Below are positions 53,491-64,000 of a stretch of DNA of 64,000 nucleotides, piece after piece. The stretch is taken from contig CM082596.2 of the NCBI GenBank assembly GCA_040954595.2, positions 8,755,124 through 8,819,123 of the forward strand, written 5' to 3'. The stretch is from Balanoglossus misakiensis (Eukaryota > Animalia > Hemichordata). The position numbers were made by a program, and so were the translations under genes. How positions within the stretch are numbered: the stretch's first letter is position 1; each line of letters begins with the position of its first letter. Below the pieces are notes generated by a model that saw nothing but the letters and a program-made list of their open reading frames with translations, was not told the origin of the DNA and made no database searches.

Positions 53491-54189
53491 TTAACTATTT
53501 CTCTATTTCAATCAAATGAGAGCAGTGTACCACAGGCCTTGTCACATCTCCCACTTTCATCTCAATGAAAACTTCACCAAATGCAAATATACTGAATTGG
53601 TTGTTGACTGCATGAAAACATAGTCATGTTTATTCAACTTTTGATAGAACACGGCCTGAACAGGAATTATTGCTCATTTCATCCAATTTGAAAATCCTTC
53701 ATTTTTTAAAGTAAACTATTTTACAGCAATGCCTCCTACACTTTTATTTCTCGTTTCAATTGTAATTAATAAAACTGTTGGTTTGCCATCTGAGTTGCAA
53801 TGTCTTCATGGAAACCGAAAAAGAAAATGTTAAAGTATTGCAAACTTCCTTGTTTACTTTTCTTGTCATCATAGCATTTTTTTTCCAGAAAATCTGCTAA
53901 TTACAAACAGGATGTCAAACATAAAGCAGACATTCACTCACTTAATCTTGTTTACAAAGCAAACAGTAATGCCTTTTTTATTGAAATAATGTCTGGAAAG
54001 TTACATATTAACTGAGCACGCCAAAGAATGTAACATGCCGGCTGTTATGATGACAACATTGTCACTCAGCATTCACGAAGGTTGTGGGCGTTCCCCTTCA
54101 TAAACGAAAAACCTTCAAAAAGACAGACTGACAAGAAAACAAGTAAAATGAAAGTCACATGGGGAAAATTCTGTTATTTTGAAGAATAT

Positions 54190-63059
<8,870 letters not shown>

Positions 63060-63280
63060 CTAGTAAGACAAACATACAGTTGTATCATTAGTATATGCCA
63101 CCTCCTGCCATCAACTAAGGCATTCAATTGTTTTGTATATTTCCTTAAATATAGGAAAGAACTTGCAACTCTGATTGGGCCCCCAGACTCCTGTATGGAC
63201 ATGATGGAGACACTTTTAGACGAATTAGTTTCGTACACCCAGTGGTTATGTAGGTACATTACTAAAACTGTACCACTGTG

Positions 63281-63586
63281 CCCTAACGCTGCCAAGTCAG
63301 TATGAACTGGTTTGATTTCCAGGGTGCCTAGAATCCTGGCTCCCAGGCCTGTTAGACTGCCAAGTGTGTGTTAATCAGTAGGGCCTATACATGACCCTCA
63401 GACCAATATAGTACAAACCAGTACGATTTGGTACATTTTTCAGGGGGCTCAGACTGCAAAGTGTGTCTAAGTACGTATGAGAGCCATGTCAAGACAGTCA
63501 AAATACGTTTCAGAAGAAAAAGTGGCAAATACGTATTTTAAGGGACTTGACACTCTAACCAGATATGACCCCCGGTAGCAATAGGG
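63281..63586. mobile_element. piggyBac-like MITE, second copy
   Basis: Highly similar to 61785-62089; the TTAA flanks are degenerate. Confidence 0.78.
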
Positions 63587-64000
63587 TTATATACCAAAAT
63601 TCGAAGTATGGTTTTTTCGTTCATTTTCTTCAAGATTTATAGAATTGCAAATATTAGTTCCAAAGACGTTTGTTGTGTGCTGTAACTTTGACAGCAGGAA
63701 TAAATAGGCATCTGCTTAAAAGGCATCTGCTCATCTTTAGCCTCAGTGACTTCGTACTGTGCATCCTTTACATTCAATAATATGATCCTGATTGAGAGAA
63801 GTCTCAAAAATCCAACATCCCAAATAAACAATCATGAATGACTGGGCATACAATAACATAGATCCATTTTCAAACCATCCCCAATGCCTCCAATTCTGAA
63901 CAGTGTGCCTTGCTGATTCCATCCACACATGATGTTGTCTATTGTGCATAAACATGCATTATTTAAGCAATAAAACACCCCCAGCCATGGTATATCACGA

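Overview
AT-rich, intron-rich animal genomic DNA, probably from a marine invertebrate (taxon cannot be fixed from the sequence). Three host genes lie on the minus strand: the 5' part of a LIV-1/ZIP6-ZIP10-like zinc transporter (ATG 9916, running off the left edge), a complete ~20-exon KIF28P-like kinesin-3 (52266 to 16533), and nearly all of PSMC1/Rpt2 (stop 54190, start codon not identified in the window). The main feature is an apparently intact, young 5.8-kb ISL2EU-type (PIF/Harbinger-related) DNA transposon at 16766-22602, in the last kinesin intron. It has 324-bp TIRs with no mismatch I could find, an AT target duplication, and two convergent genes: a THAP + DDE transposase, and a spliced SAP-like/SWIM/YqaJ (lambda-exonuclease family) gene. 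Each TIR carries a consensus splice donor, and each gene has an acceptor just upstream of its ATG, so the TIR appears to supply an identical promoter and leader exon to both genes. The element is nested in the TIR of an AcademH-like MITE and itself carries a TTAA MITE. The introns are crowded with MITE families (TTAA, TTA, TA, 7-bp and 9-bp TSD types) and a tRNA-derived SINE. The ZIP promoter has an MRE at the predicted TSS. All calls come from manual reading; no database searches were run.
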